Origin: Candidatus Ozemobacteraceae bacterium
GTDB lineage: Bacteria > Muiribacteriota > Ozemobacteria > Ozemobacterales > Ozemobacteraceae
DNA length: 53,401 nt
Assembly: GCA_036567845.1 (NCBI GenBank)
Contig: DATCTT010000376.1
Span: 1 to 53,401, forward strand
Direction of reading: 5' to 3'
Part shown: positions 1-8,201 of the stretch, piece by piece
Numbering within the stretch: the first letter of the stretch is position 1
Layout of the letters: every line of letters starts with the position of its first letter
The notes under the pieces: model-generated
The model's database searches: none
The model's input: the letters and a program-made list of their open reading frames with translations, nothing else
Told to the model about the DNA's origin: nothing
Program-made: the position numbers and the translations under genes

Positions 1-1228
1 CGCTCCGGCTCCCGAACCCGCCGGCGAGGAGTTCGCGGGGGATGACTTCACCCGCAAGCGTGGCTTCACCCAGCCCCGCACGATCACGCTCGACACCAAG
101 TATGAAGGCGCCGTCGCGATCGACGTCTGGACCGGGTATGCCGTACTCGTCGTCGGCCGGGCTGGAGAGCGGAAGGTGATCGCGGGTCCGCAAACATATC
201 TCCTGGAATATGACGAATCGCTCGAAAGTCTCGAGCTGTCGACCGGCACCCCCAAGAGCGACGACAACAAGATCAAGACGGCGTATCTGCGCGTCCTGCA
301 CAACAAGGTTTCGGACATCGTCGAGGCCGAGACCAGTGATCTGTGCCGGGTGCGTCTCAAGCTGTCCTATCGGGTGAACTTCGAGGGCGATCCGAACAAG
401 TGGTTCAATGTCGAGAACTATGTGAAGTTTCTGACGGATCACATGCGCTCCCTCGTGCGGCATGCCGTGAAGCAGCACCGGATCGAGGAGTTCTACGCGA
501 ACGCGATCAAGTTCATTCGCGACACGATTCTCGGCACGGCCGGCAGCGACAACAAGCGGGCGGGCCGCAGCTTTACCGAGAACGGGATGCACATCTACGA
601 CGTGGAAGTGCTCGACGTGAAGATCGGCGACGAGGCAATCGAGAAGCTGCTGATCGATGCCCAGCACTCGGTCGTCAAGCAGACCCTCGAGATCGCCTCC
701 CAGAAGCGCCAGCTCGACTTCACCCAGCAGAACGAGTCGATCCGTCAACAGATCGCCGAAGCCCAGTCGAAGACAAAGCAGCAGGAGTTCGACCTGCTGA
801 CCCGGGAAGCGCGGGCCCAGCTGACGCTCAATCTGGCCAAGATCGAGTCGGAGAGCGAGGCTCGCCGAAAGAATCTCGATGCAAAGTTGGCGGACCAGGA
901 TGCAATCGGCAAGATCGACGCCGCCGAGCTCGCCCGCCGCAAGGATGCCTTCGACCTCGAGGTCGACGTGGCGAAGCGCAAACTCGCCCTCCGGATCGAT
1001 GAGCTGAAGAGCGAGACCGAGGCCGTCATCGGCAAGGCAGGCGCCGTCACGCCCGAGCTGATTGCCGCCCTCCAGGCCTTCGGTGACAAGGCCCTCGCCG
1101 AACGGATGGCTCAGAGCATGGCACCGTTGGCCATTCTCGGCGGGAAAAGCATCTCGGACGTCTTTGCCCAGCTCTTGAAGGGCACAGCCCTGGAAGGTGT
1201 TCTCAAGACGAAACACGAGACCAGGTGA
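1..1228 (+). CDS. Major vault protein (MVP) homologue, 5'-truncated by the window start. It reads in frame 2 with no stop from position 2 to the TGA at 1226-1228. The fragment covers the last MVP repeat domain, the shoulder, the cap-helix coiled coil and the cap-ring.
   Basis: The open frame runs to the window edge. The translation aligns motif by motif with rat/human MVP as I recall it. ...[18 protein letters not shown]... matches [49 protein letters not shown] matches [47 protein letters not shown] matches [28 protein letters not shown] matches NGLVVSSVDVQSV. The C-terminal [15 protein letters not shown] matches GSTPINLFNTAFGLLG. A roughly 150-residue E/A/K/Q-rich heptad coiled coil lies between shoulder and C-terminus, as in the MVP cap-helix. 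Confidence 0.7.
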   Translation, partial: [408 protein letters not shown]

Positions 1229-1237
1229 CCGGTTCCG

Positions 1238-1267
1238 AAGGCCCGGCCCGACCAACGGCCGGGCCTT
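1238..1267 (+). terminator. Perfect 11-bp stem-loop (aaggcccggcc-N8-ggccgggcctt) between the MVP gene and the next gene. The downstream T-tract is weak (caatatatat), so it may be a partial terminator or an mRNA-stabilising hairpin.
   Basis: The inverted repeat was read directly. It lies in the 62-bp gap between the stop at 1228 and the ATG at 1291. Confidence 0.35.
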
Positions 1268-1290
1268 CAATATATATCGAAAGGCATTGT

Positions 1291-2394
1291 ATGTATCGCT
1301 ACACGAAAAATGCGGCGTTTTTGTTCCTGGCCGGAGCGTTGTCGGCCTGGATGCCGGCCGTGGCCGCGCCACCGACCGGTCCCGAGGAGTGCATGGTGAT
1401 CGGCGAGGAAGCCGACACGGTCAAGGGGACGAAACTGTATATGGACGCGGTTTCAGCGTGGCGGCAGGGGCTTCGCCAAAAGGCCCTGGACCAGTATGAA
1501 GCAGCGCTGCTCGCCGACCGGGGCGTTCTCGCCCGTCCCGACGAGGGAATGGCTCTGGCCCTCCTCGAGCGGTATCGGGAACGCGTGGGAACAGCCTCGC
1601 CGACCGCCGGCCTGCTGTGCCGCCAGGGCTTTTTCGAGAACATCATCTCGGGCAACCTCGAATCCGCCATTGCCGAGTATCGGAAGGCCGCGGCCATAGC
1701 CGGAACCGAGGCCGCGAAGCAGACGGCAGCGCGCGAGGCGGATCGCCTCCAGGCCCAGCTCGAGTATCTCCGGACCTGGCAGGCGGAGTATCGCCGAAAA
1801 GTCGCCCTGCAGCGCCGTCAGCAGGATGCGGAAGTCGTCTTTCAGGGCAGGGTCGAAGCTGTCGACGACCGGATCGTCCAGCTCGAGGACGAGCGGGCCG
1901 AACTGGAAGAGCGGCTCGCCTACCTCCGGCGGCAGGAGGCGGATGGCCGCGAGGAGCTGATGACCTCGATCCGGCGCGCCTCGCGATACCGGCGAGCTCA
2001 GTATTATCCCGGCCGTGAATACCAGCCCGATGTTCCCGCCACGTCGTATCCCGGCCCCGCGGTCGGACCGCTCCCTTCGCCGCCCCCCGGCGCCCCCGGC
2101 CCGCTCCCCTCGACGACTTCAACGTCGCCGACCCCGACACCAACCGTTCCCACCTATCAGATGCCCACGGAGGGATCGAATCTGTCGCTGTTCTATCGGA
2201 ACCGGAATGAGGCCCTGCAGAACGAGTCCGCCCTCTACAGCATTCGGGCCGAAATCACCGGCGTCGAACGCCGGATCGAGGAGATCGACAAACTGATCGA
2301 GAAGACCAGCAAAGAGCGGGACGAGCTGTTCAACCCGCCCCCCGCGAAGAAGCCCCCGGTTGTTGCCACGGGTTCGACCCCGATTCGGGAATGA
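1291..2394 (+). CDS. Hypothetical secreted protein. It has an N-terminal signal peptide (MYRYTKNAAFLFLAGALSAWMPAVAAPP), coiled-coil segments and a Pro/Ser/Thr-rich linker (PSPPPGAPGPLPSTTSTSPTPTPTVP).
   Basis: ATG at 1291 with a GAAAGG ribosome-binding site 6 nt upstream. The signal-peptide-like N-terminus and codon usage match the neighbours. The listed ORF start at 1225 only reflects the absence of an upstream stop. Confidence 0.6.
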   Translation: MYRYTKNAAFLFLAGALSAWMPAVAAPPTGPEECMVIGEEADTVKGTKLYMDAVSAWRQGLRQKALDQYEAALLADRGVLARPDEGMALALLERYRERVGTASPTAGLLCRQGFFENIISGNLESAIAEYRKAAAIAGTEAAKQTAAREADRLQAQLEYLRTWQAEYRRKVALQRRQQDAEVVFQGRVEAVDDRIVQLEDERAELEERLAYLRRQEADGREELMTSIRRASRYRRAQYYPGREYQPDVPATSYPGPAVGPLPSPPPGAPGPLPSTTSTSPTPTPTVPTYQMPTEGSNLSLFYRNRNEALQNESALYSIRAEITGVERRIEEIDKLIEKTSKERDELFNPPPAKKPPVVATGSTPIRE

Positions 2395-2407
2395 TCCCCT
2401 CGTGAAG

Positions 2408-2440
2408 AAAAACCGCCGGCCAGATGGCCGGCGGTTTTTT
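2408..2440. terminator. Bidirectional rho-independent terminator. The stem ccgccggcc-agat-ggccggcgg is flanked by A5 upstream and T6 downstream. It serves the convergent genes ending at 2394 (+) and 2456 (-).
   Basis: Perfect 9-bp GC stem with an A-tract on one side and a T-tract on the other. Confidence 0.8.
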
Positions 2441-2455
2441 CGTTGTATCAGTAGC

Positions 2456-3115
2456 TCAGGAGAAGAACTTGAGCAGGTCACGCAGCTGGGTCTGCAGCTC
2501 GACGAGCCGCGGCTCGGGCTTTTCCCCGGCCATGAAATTCACCTGACGAAGAATCGTCTTGAGTACCGGCACGAAATGGTCGGCGCCCGCTTCCTTCTTA
2601 TACTTGGCCAGATACTGGGCAAGCACGCGGGCCTTCACCAGATCACCGTCTTTCAGATCGTTGATGATGAGTTCGCTGATACTCTCCTGCACGAAGGCGA
2701 GGAACTTGTCGTTCTCGAGGCGGCGCAGGCCCACGACGTTCTCGGCAAAACTGCCTTTGCTGGTGATCGCGATGTTGATATGGGTCAGAAGCTGGCCTTT
2801 GTTGGTGCGAAGCACAAGGCGGGTCTTGCCATTCTTCCATTTCTCGACCTCGCCCTTGGCATGAACCATGAACTGGCCCTTCGGGTTGCGAACGACCCAT
2901 TTGGACTCACCGCTCCAGGACTCGAGGCGGCCGACGCCCCAGCCGGCAAACGTCCCGTCATCCTTGCGCACGACGAACTTGATGCCCTTGTTTTTCCAGA
3001 CCTCGTATGCCTTTGTCAGATTCGTGACGGTGGGCTGCTCTTCGGCAGCCAGAGGCAGAATCGACAGAAACAGGGCAAAAACGATCATCAGGGACAGAAA
3101 AAGACGTTTGTTCAC
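2456..3115 (-). CDS. Hypothetical secreted, lysine-rich protein with an N-terminal signal peptide (MNKRLFLSLMIVFALFLSILPLAAEE).
   Basis: 219-codon ORF with a signal peptide. It is somewhat more AT-rich than its surroundings. It is flanked by a terminator downstream and a promoter-like AT-rich region upstream. Confidence 0.6.
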   Translation of the reverse strand: MNKRLFLSLMIVFALFLSILPLAAEEQPTVTNLTKAYEVWKNKGIKFVVRKDDGTFAGWGVGRLESWSGESKWVVRNPKGQFMVHAKGEVEKWKNGKTRLVLRTNKGQLLTHINIAITSKGSFAENVVGLRRLENDKFLAFVQESISELIINDLKDGDLVKARVLAQYLAKYKKEAGADHFVPVLKTILRQVNFMAGEKPEPRLVELQTQLRDLLKFFS

Positions 3116-3198
3116 AGAATTCCTCCGTCAATCTATTGAATTCGCAATTTTATTGATTCTACCAGATTTTTTGTGACGCCGCAAACCGCAGGAAGTTT

Positions 3199-3227
3199 TT
3201 GACAGGCATTTCGGTGGTTGCTAGGAT
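3199..3227 (+). promoter_or_regulatory. Sigma70-type promoter, TTGACA-N17-TAGGAT, positioned to drive the gene at 3296.
   Basis: Consensus -35 hexamer, 17-bp spacer and a TAnnnT -10, about 65 nt upstream of the ATG. The same hexamer pair recurs at 52439. Confidence 0.5.
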
Positions 3228-3295
3228 ATCGTGCAACGCCCGGTTGAATGTGCGCCCCCACCATCGGGCACCGAACGGATCTGAAAGGAGCTTTC

Positions 3296-3940
3296 ATGAC
3301 CCAGCCGACGCAGCCATCAGAAGCCGGCCATCCCGTGTTCGGAGGTTTTTTTCCAATCTACCTGATTGCCGCCGTCATGTTGATGGTGTATTACACCATC
3401 GATTTTCAGGTTCGTGTCTCCCCCGTCATCCGCGACCTCCATGCGCGGACATCCGTGACCTCCAAACCGGCCGCCACGCCTCCCGCCCCGGCAAGCCCCT
3501 CGCCTCAGCCCCATCCGCAGACCGGCATGATTCTGTCCGCATCCGATTCTTCATCCGTCAGCCAGGCTCCGGCCCCGGCAACACCCGAAGCGGTCATCAC
3601 GGCGCCAGAACCCGCTCCCCCAGCCCCGGCGGCCATTCCCGCCACCGAATCCCAGCCGGCCCCTGACGCACCTGACACTGCCGCCCCCTCCGCGGTTTCC
3701 TCCGAGCTATCTGCCGATGTCCCACCGGCGAATGCCACGGTTTCCTCCGAAACGTCCCCTGTGACCCCGCCAACGGACGCGCCGATTTCCTCGGAACCTT
3801 CCACCGTGCTCCCGCCGACGGATACACCGGCTCCCTCTGAGCCCGCATCCCTCTCCCCGGAAACGAGCTCGGCCTCTGAGACCGTTCCGGCTTCGGCGGA
3901 GCCGGCTTCATCACCCCTCGCCCCGGAGGTAGGACAATGA
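3296..3940 (+). CDS. Hypothetical membrane-anchored protein. One N-terminal TM helix (FFPIYLIAAVMLMVYYTI) is followed by a long Pro/Ala/Ser/Thr-rich low-complexity tail.
   Basis: ATG at 3296 preceded by AAAGGAG. A P/S/T/A-rich region of about 170 aa. The stop overlaps the next start as ATGA. Confidence 0.55.
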   Translation: MTQPTQPSEAGHPVFGGFFPIYLIAAVMLMVYYTIDFQVRVSPVIRDLHARTSVTSKPAATPPAPASPSPQPHPQTGMILSASDSSSVSQAPAPATPEAVITAPEPAPPAPAAIPATESQPAPDAPDTAAPSAVSSELSADVPPANATVSSETSPVTPPTDAPISSEPSTVLPPTDTPAPSEPASLSPETSSASETVPASAEPASSPLAPEVGQ

Positions 3941-5787
3941 ATCTGCTCACTCGGTTTTTCGGCGGCCTCCCCGGACTGGTTCTTGCGCTGGTGTCCCTCA
4001 TCATCGCGTTCATCCGGGTGAATGACGTTGCCATCTGCTCTGTGGCCTTGATTCTGAACGTCCTCGTGGCCCGACTCGTCCATCGCCAGACGCTCCAGCC
4101 AGGGCTCCCAGCCGGCTCCTTCCGGTCGATGTTCACCGCCGCCGGGTATACGGCCGTCGCAGCGGCCTTGTATCTGAACCGCGTTCAGCTCCCGTTCGGC
4201 GGGTGTTTCAAAAGTTTCAGCCCAATCGTCGTCCCCTTCATTTTCCTTGCTATTCTCGGTGTCCACTGGGTCAACCGGCGCCTCCACGACGCCGCTCTCG
4301 CCGGCTTTCCGACGAAAGGAGACCGGTGGCTGGCCGAACCAGCGCACGTCGCCGAAGTCGAGCGTGGGTTCATCTGCTTCGGCGTCACGGGAACGCTGTG
4401 GACCCTCGTACTTTCGGCCTGGGTCACGAAGTTCATGCAGCTTTCCCAGGTCAACGCCCTGGGATTCCTCGACTCATCGCTGCATCTCGCCGCCCTGTAT
4501 GCCCTGTATCTCCTGCCGTGGTTCTGTTTCGCCTGGTGGGTCGGGGAACCAGCCGTCAAGCGCGGCATTTATGCCGGGTCCGGTATTTCCCTGGCGGCGG
4601 CTCCCCTTGCCTATCACTGCTACTACCACTCGCTTTCATCCGGCGACTGGTGGCAGATCTTCCTTCCCCCCGGGTCTCATCTGGCGGCGATAACCTTTTT
4701 CGTCACCACCGCGTTTTTTTTCTGGTGGGTGCGGCCCACGGCCTCGACGCGCGGAAGTGGGATCCTCAGTGGCTTCTACCTTGCCATCATTCCGACCATC
4801 CTGCTCCTGCCCGGCATCTATATGATCCTGGCTTGGCATCCGCTGTTCCGTGACGCTTTCGTTCAGGCTCCCAATGTTTCGGCACTCCTGAGCCGCTTCT
4901 ATCCCCTGATTTCAAAGATCATTCTCTTCAGCCCCGTGCCGATCCTGCTCGTCTTTCTGGCTGCAACCTTCGGCGGCACACGTTCCGCCCAGATTTCCGG
5001 GGAACAGGCCACGCAGGTTCCGGGAAGCACGACCGTGGCCGCGGCGGGCTCCCAGACCTTCACGATCCTCCTCGGCCTTCTCCTGCCGCTTCCCTTCCTC
5101 ACCAACCTGCTCACCCAGCTGTTCGCGTTCAGCACGACGTCTGCCGGGGCTCATTATATACCGGCATATATTCTTTCAGCCGCGGCGTTTTTCCCGCTGC
5201 TGTTCGCGGATGTCTTCGTGTTCGCCGGCCTCTGGTCGGCCGGTGCATTCATCGCCCGCGCCTCGCGCCTCCCCCACCCGCAGATGGCCGGAGCAGCCCT
5301 GTTTCTCCTGCAGGCCGTGCTGATCTGGGGATACGATCCGCGCCAGAAGCTCGTGGCCCTGTTCGCAGCCATCCTTGCCGCCCTGCTGATCCTGAAAAAG
5401 ATGTTCGGCGAGACGATCGACGAGTCGCGACGTTCAATGCTCGATTTTCAGCGGTATGTCCTCTGGAGCTGTTTCCTGGGCATGCCGGTCCTGTTCCTGA
5501 CCAGCTTCTCGGTGCTCAGTTTTTTCATTCACTCAGAGCAGCTCGGCAGCCTCGGCAAGCTCTTCGCCCCCGCCACCCGCCCACTTGGCCTCCAGTCTCT
5601 TGGCGGGCTTCTCCACCCCGAGGCGTTCTGGGCTTCGTATCCGGCGCTCACGGCGGCCATCGGTCTGGTGTTTCTCCTCGGACTTCCGCTCATCTGCGTT
5701 CCGCTTTACCTGTATCCCATGTTCAAGGACCAGAAAGCCGCCGAATCCGTGCTTCCCAACACCCCGCCCCCGGCTTCGGATGCCTGA
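3937..5787 (+). CDS. Hypothetical polytopic integral membrane protein of 616 aa with more than 12 predicted TM segments. Translationally coupled to the preceding gene.
   Basis: Long hydrophobic ORF with a 4-bp ATGA overlap with the upstream gene. It contains a T8 homopolymer at 4714-4721. Confidence 0.6.
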   Translation: MNLLTRFFGGLPGLVLALVSLIIAFIRVNDVAICSVALILNVLVARLVHRQTLQPGLPAGSFRSMFTAAGYTAVAAALYLNRVQLPFGGCFKSFSPIVVPFIFLAILGVHWVNRRLHDAALAGFPTKGDRWLAEPAHVAEVERGFICFGVTGTLWTLVLSAWVTKFMQLSQVNALGFLDSSLHLAALYALYLLPWFCFAWWVGEPAVKRGIYAGSGISLAAAPLAYHCYYHSLSSGDWWQIFLPPGSHLAAITFFVTTAFFFWWVRPTASTRGSGILSGFYLAIIPTILLLPGIYMILAWHPLFRDAFVQAPNVSALLSRFYPLISKIILFSPVPILLVFLAATFGGTRSAQISGEQATQVPGSTTVAAAGSQTFTILLGLLLPLPFLTNLLTQLFAFSTTSAGAHYIPAYILSAAAFFPLLFADVFVFAGLWSAGAFIARASRLPHPQMAGAALFLLQAVLIWGYDPRQKLVALFAAILAALLILKKMFGETIDESRRSMLDFQRYVLWSCFLGMPVLFLTSFSVLSFFIHSEQLGSLGKLFAPATRPLGLQSLGGLLHPEAFWASYPALTAAIGLVFLLGLPLICVPLYLYPMFKDQKAAESVLPNTPPPASDA

Positions 5788-5805
5788 AATCCTCCATTAA
5801 ACAGC

Positions 5806-5831
5806 AACGCCCCGCCTTCCGGCGGGGCGTT
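5806..5831. terminator. GC-rich hairpin (aacgccccgcc-ttcc-ggcggggcgtt) between convergent genes. Probably a bidirectional terminator, but the U-tracts are weak.
   Basis: Perfect 11-bp inverted repeat in the 71-bp convergent gap. Confidence 0.5.
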
Positions 5832-5858
5832 GCCTGTATCGGACGAAAAGCCCTCGTC

Positions 5859-8201
5859 TCAGGCAGAGACCGTGTTCTGCCGGTTGAGATATCCCATGGC
5901 CTTGTTCTGATCCCCGTCCATGATGATCGACATCGTTGCCCCGTCGGCAATGGCGGGGATATGAATGATCCGCAGAACGTTATCGATCGTGGCCGGCACG
6001 TTCTTGCCGGCAAAGCGCTTCAGGCAATTCGGCGCGTTCCGAAAAAACTCCTCCAGGAAATGGTTGCCTGGCTCATCGGGATAGAGCGGCAGATATTTGA
6101 TATTCGCCTCAACAAGGTCCTGGAAGAAGTGGGTGCCAAACGAAAGGTCAGGGGTGTAATCGAGCTTCCGCCGCGCAATCTCGATCATCATCGATGTGTT
6201 GTTGATATCGCTGTAACCCACCTTGACGCCGAGTTTGATGTCCCCACGGCTTCCCCAGCGACCGGGACCCATCAGAATGAACTTCCGTTCCGGCAGCCGC
6301 TGGTTCAGCTCGCCCACGAGACGACCCACTTCCAGCATCTCATCGAGCGTTGCAAGCGCGTCATATCCAGCCGGATCGACATAAACGATATATTCGACGC
6401 CGTGAACTATAGCCGAAGTTATATATTTATTCGCCGTGAACAGCCGATCCTCGAGAGGGACATCCTGCGGGACGGGCGTATTGATTGCACCATCCGCCTG
6501 ACACTGCGGCCGGCACTGGAGCAGATACAGGGTGTGCTGGTCCTCCCCCGCCGCAAATTCGATATCTACGGGCCAGCCGAGCGCGTCCTTGAGGATCCGG
6601 AGAATATCTCGGATTTCCTGCAGGAAGGGGGTGGTCTTGAGAAGATTTTCGAACGTGAGGACCGGCGTGCCCTCCTTGAGGTTCGTCAGGGTGCCGATCG
6701 GGGGATACAGCTGCCCTTCCTCGTACATCGAGATGAGATACGAGAGCATCGGGATCTCGCTTCCGAAATCCCGGATCACCTGTTCGAAGTTGAGGGTCTC
6801 GAACCGGCCGGTGTCGAGATTGAGAACGTCGATGCTCTTCTGGGCATACCGCAGCATCGCATCGGGAGTGATATTGACACGCAGTCCGGGCTGGCCGGGA
6901 CTGACGAGCATCGGGAAATCCTCGCCCATCCGGTCAACGGCCCGCGTGCCGAGCCCGGCAACCAGGCGCACGATCCCGTCTTCCCGGCGGATCCGCGGTG
7001 ACCATCGGAACTCGTTGCTGCTGAACGCGACGCCGGCGAAGGCAGGGAACCAGTAGTTTCCCACCCGTCTGCCGACAACCTGCTGGATCATGATGCCCAT
7101 CTCTTCGTTGAAGTCCAGCAGCCCACGCTCGCGCCGATACTCAATCGGGTCGGGGCCGAACGTGCTGGCATACACCTCGACGATCGCATCCATGAGGGCT
7201 TCAAGCCGCTCTTTCTTCGTGCCCTGATTGGCGACGAACAGGCTCTTGTATTTCCCGGCGAAGGCCGACCCCTTTGTATCCTCAAGCAGGCTCGATGACC
7301 GGACGATCAGGGGCGTCTCGCCGAAATCCTCGAGCGCCAGCGACAACCCCGCAACGATGTCGGGCGGCAGGCTGGAGTTCTTGAAGATCTGGCCGACATA
7401 GGCGTATTCCTGCCGGATCTCGGCCGGATCCCGGTATTTGATCGTCGGCATCTCCTCGAGGGCATTGTAATGCAGGAATTCGAGCACCCCATCCGAAGTG
7501 ATATACCACGTTTTGGGCACCGAAAGGTTGCGCAGCCCGATGTTGTGCGCTTTGGCGGCCATCAGGATCTTCGCGGCCCGGAACAGGCCGGCGGCCTTTC
7601 CGCCCAGCTTGCCGTTCCCTTGAGCCGGGCCGATCACGCGGGTCATCAGGTGGGCGAAATCGTTGACCGAGACATAATGCTTGAGTGTATTGATGTATTC
7701 GAGATCTTCGCTGAAAAACCGCCGGATCAGCGCAACCCGGATGCCGATCCGCTCTTCCCGGGAAAGATGCTTCTGTGCACCGGGCTTGAGGCAATACCGG
7801 TGCAAGGCTTCACTAATCTCGGTGAGAGCGATGTCGCGCTTTTCCGCGGCCATCGACAGGAAGCGAAACTGCTCCTGCTTCATCCAGAGACTCAGCATGC
7901 GGGAAATGTCCTGCGGCGACAGTTCCTGCTCGGCGATGATGAAGGTCTCGTCGATCAGCTCTTCAAGCATCGATGAGTTGATCCGCGGCATCGGCTGGTT
8001 ATCGAAGGTGCCCGTAGCCGCCTGGTAATCGGCCTGGGTGACGTTCAACCGCTGCAGCAGCTGTTCGACTTTCTTCACATTCCGCTTGAACAGATAATTC
8101 ATCATCTTCCGGCCAAGCCGATTCAGCAGAGACGGATTCGTCTCACGCAGCAGATCGACGATGACTTTCCATTCGGGTTTCTGTTCCCTGTTTCCTGTCA
8201 T
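5859..8201 (-). CDS. PEP/pyruvate-binding domain protein. It resembles the N-terminal nucleotide-binding domain of pyruvate phosphate dikinase / PEP synthase. No phospho-His swivel motif (GGRTSHAAI-type) is visible.
   Basis: The GGKAAGL motif and surrounding ATP-grasp-like region are typical of the PPDK_N / PEP-synthase nucleotide-binding domain. 780-aa ORF. Its start overlaps the end of the downstream transporter gene. Confidence 0.55.
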   Translation of the reverse strand: MTGNREQKPEWKVIVDLLRETNPSLLNRLGRKMMNYLFKRNVKKVEQLLQRLNVTQADYQAATGTFDNQPMPRINSSMLEELIDETFIIAEQELSPQDISRMLSLWMKQEQFRFLSMAAEKRDIALTEISEALHRYCLKPGAQKHLSREERIGIRVALIRRFFSEDLEYINTLKHYVSVNDFAHLMTRVIGPAQGNGKLGGKAAGLFRAAKILMAAKAHNIGLRNLSVPKTWYITSDGVLEFLHYNALEEMPTIKYRDPAEIRQEYAYVGQIFKNSSLPPDIVAGLSLALEDFGETPLIVRSSSLLEDTKGSAFAGKYKSLFVANQGTKKERLEALMDAIVEVYASTFGPDPIEYRRERGLLDFNEEMGIMIQQVVGRRVGNYWFPAFAGVAFSSNEFRWSPRIRREDGIVRLVAGLGTRAVDRMGEDFPMLVSPGQPGLRVNITPDAMLRYAQKSIDVLNLDTGRFETLNFEQVIRDFGSEIPMLSYLISMYEEGQLYPPIGTLTNLKEGTPVLTFENLLKTTPFLQEIRDILRILKDALGWPVDIEFAAGEDQHTLYLLQCRPQCQADGAINTPVPQDVPLEDRLFTANKYITSAIVHGVEYIVYVDPAGYDALATLDEMLEVGRLVGELNQRLPERKFILMGPGRWGSRGDIKLGVKVGYSDINNTSMMIEIARRKLDYTPDLSFGTHFFQDLVEANIKYLPLYPDEPGNHFLEEFFRNAPNCLKRFAGKNVPATIDNVLRIIHIPAIADGATMSIIMDGDQNKAMGYLNRQNTVSA

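Noticed and set aside
343-1089. Alternate-frame ORFs 343..1002 (+) and 745..1089 (-) inside the MVP gene
   Set aside because: They are Arg-rich and Ser/Ala-rich shadow frames within a gene that has clear homology in frame 2.
2368-2392. tRNA-like T-loop motif ggttcgaccccgattcggg
   Set aside because: It lies inside the coding 3' end of the 1291..2394 gene. No acceptor or anticodon arms can be formed around it.
5961-7056. Plus-strand ORFs 5961..7001 and 6532..7056
   Set aside because: Antisense or alternate-frame within the PEP-binding-domain protein gene.
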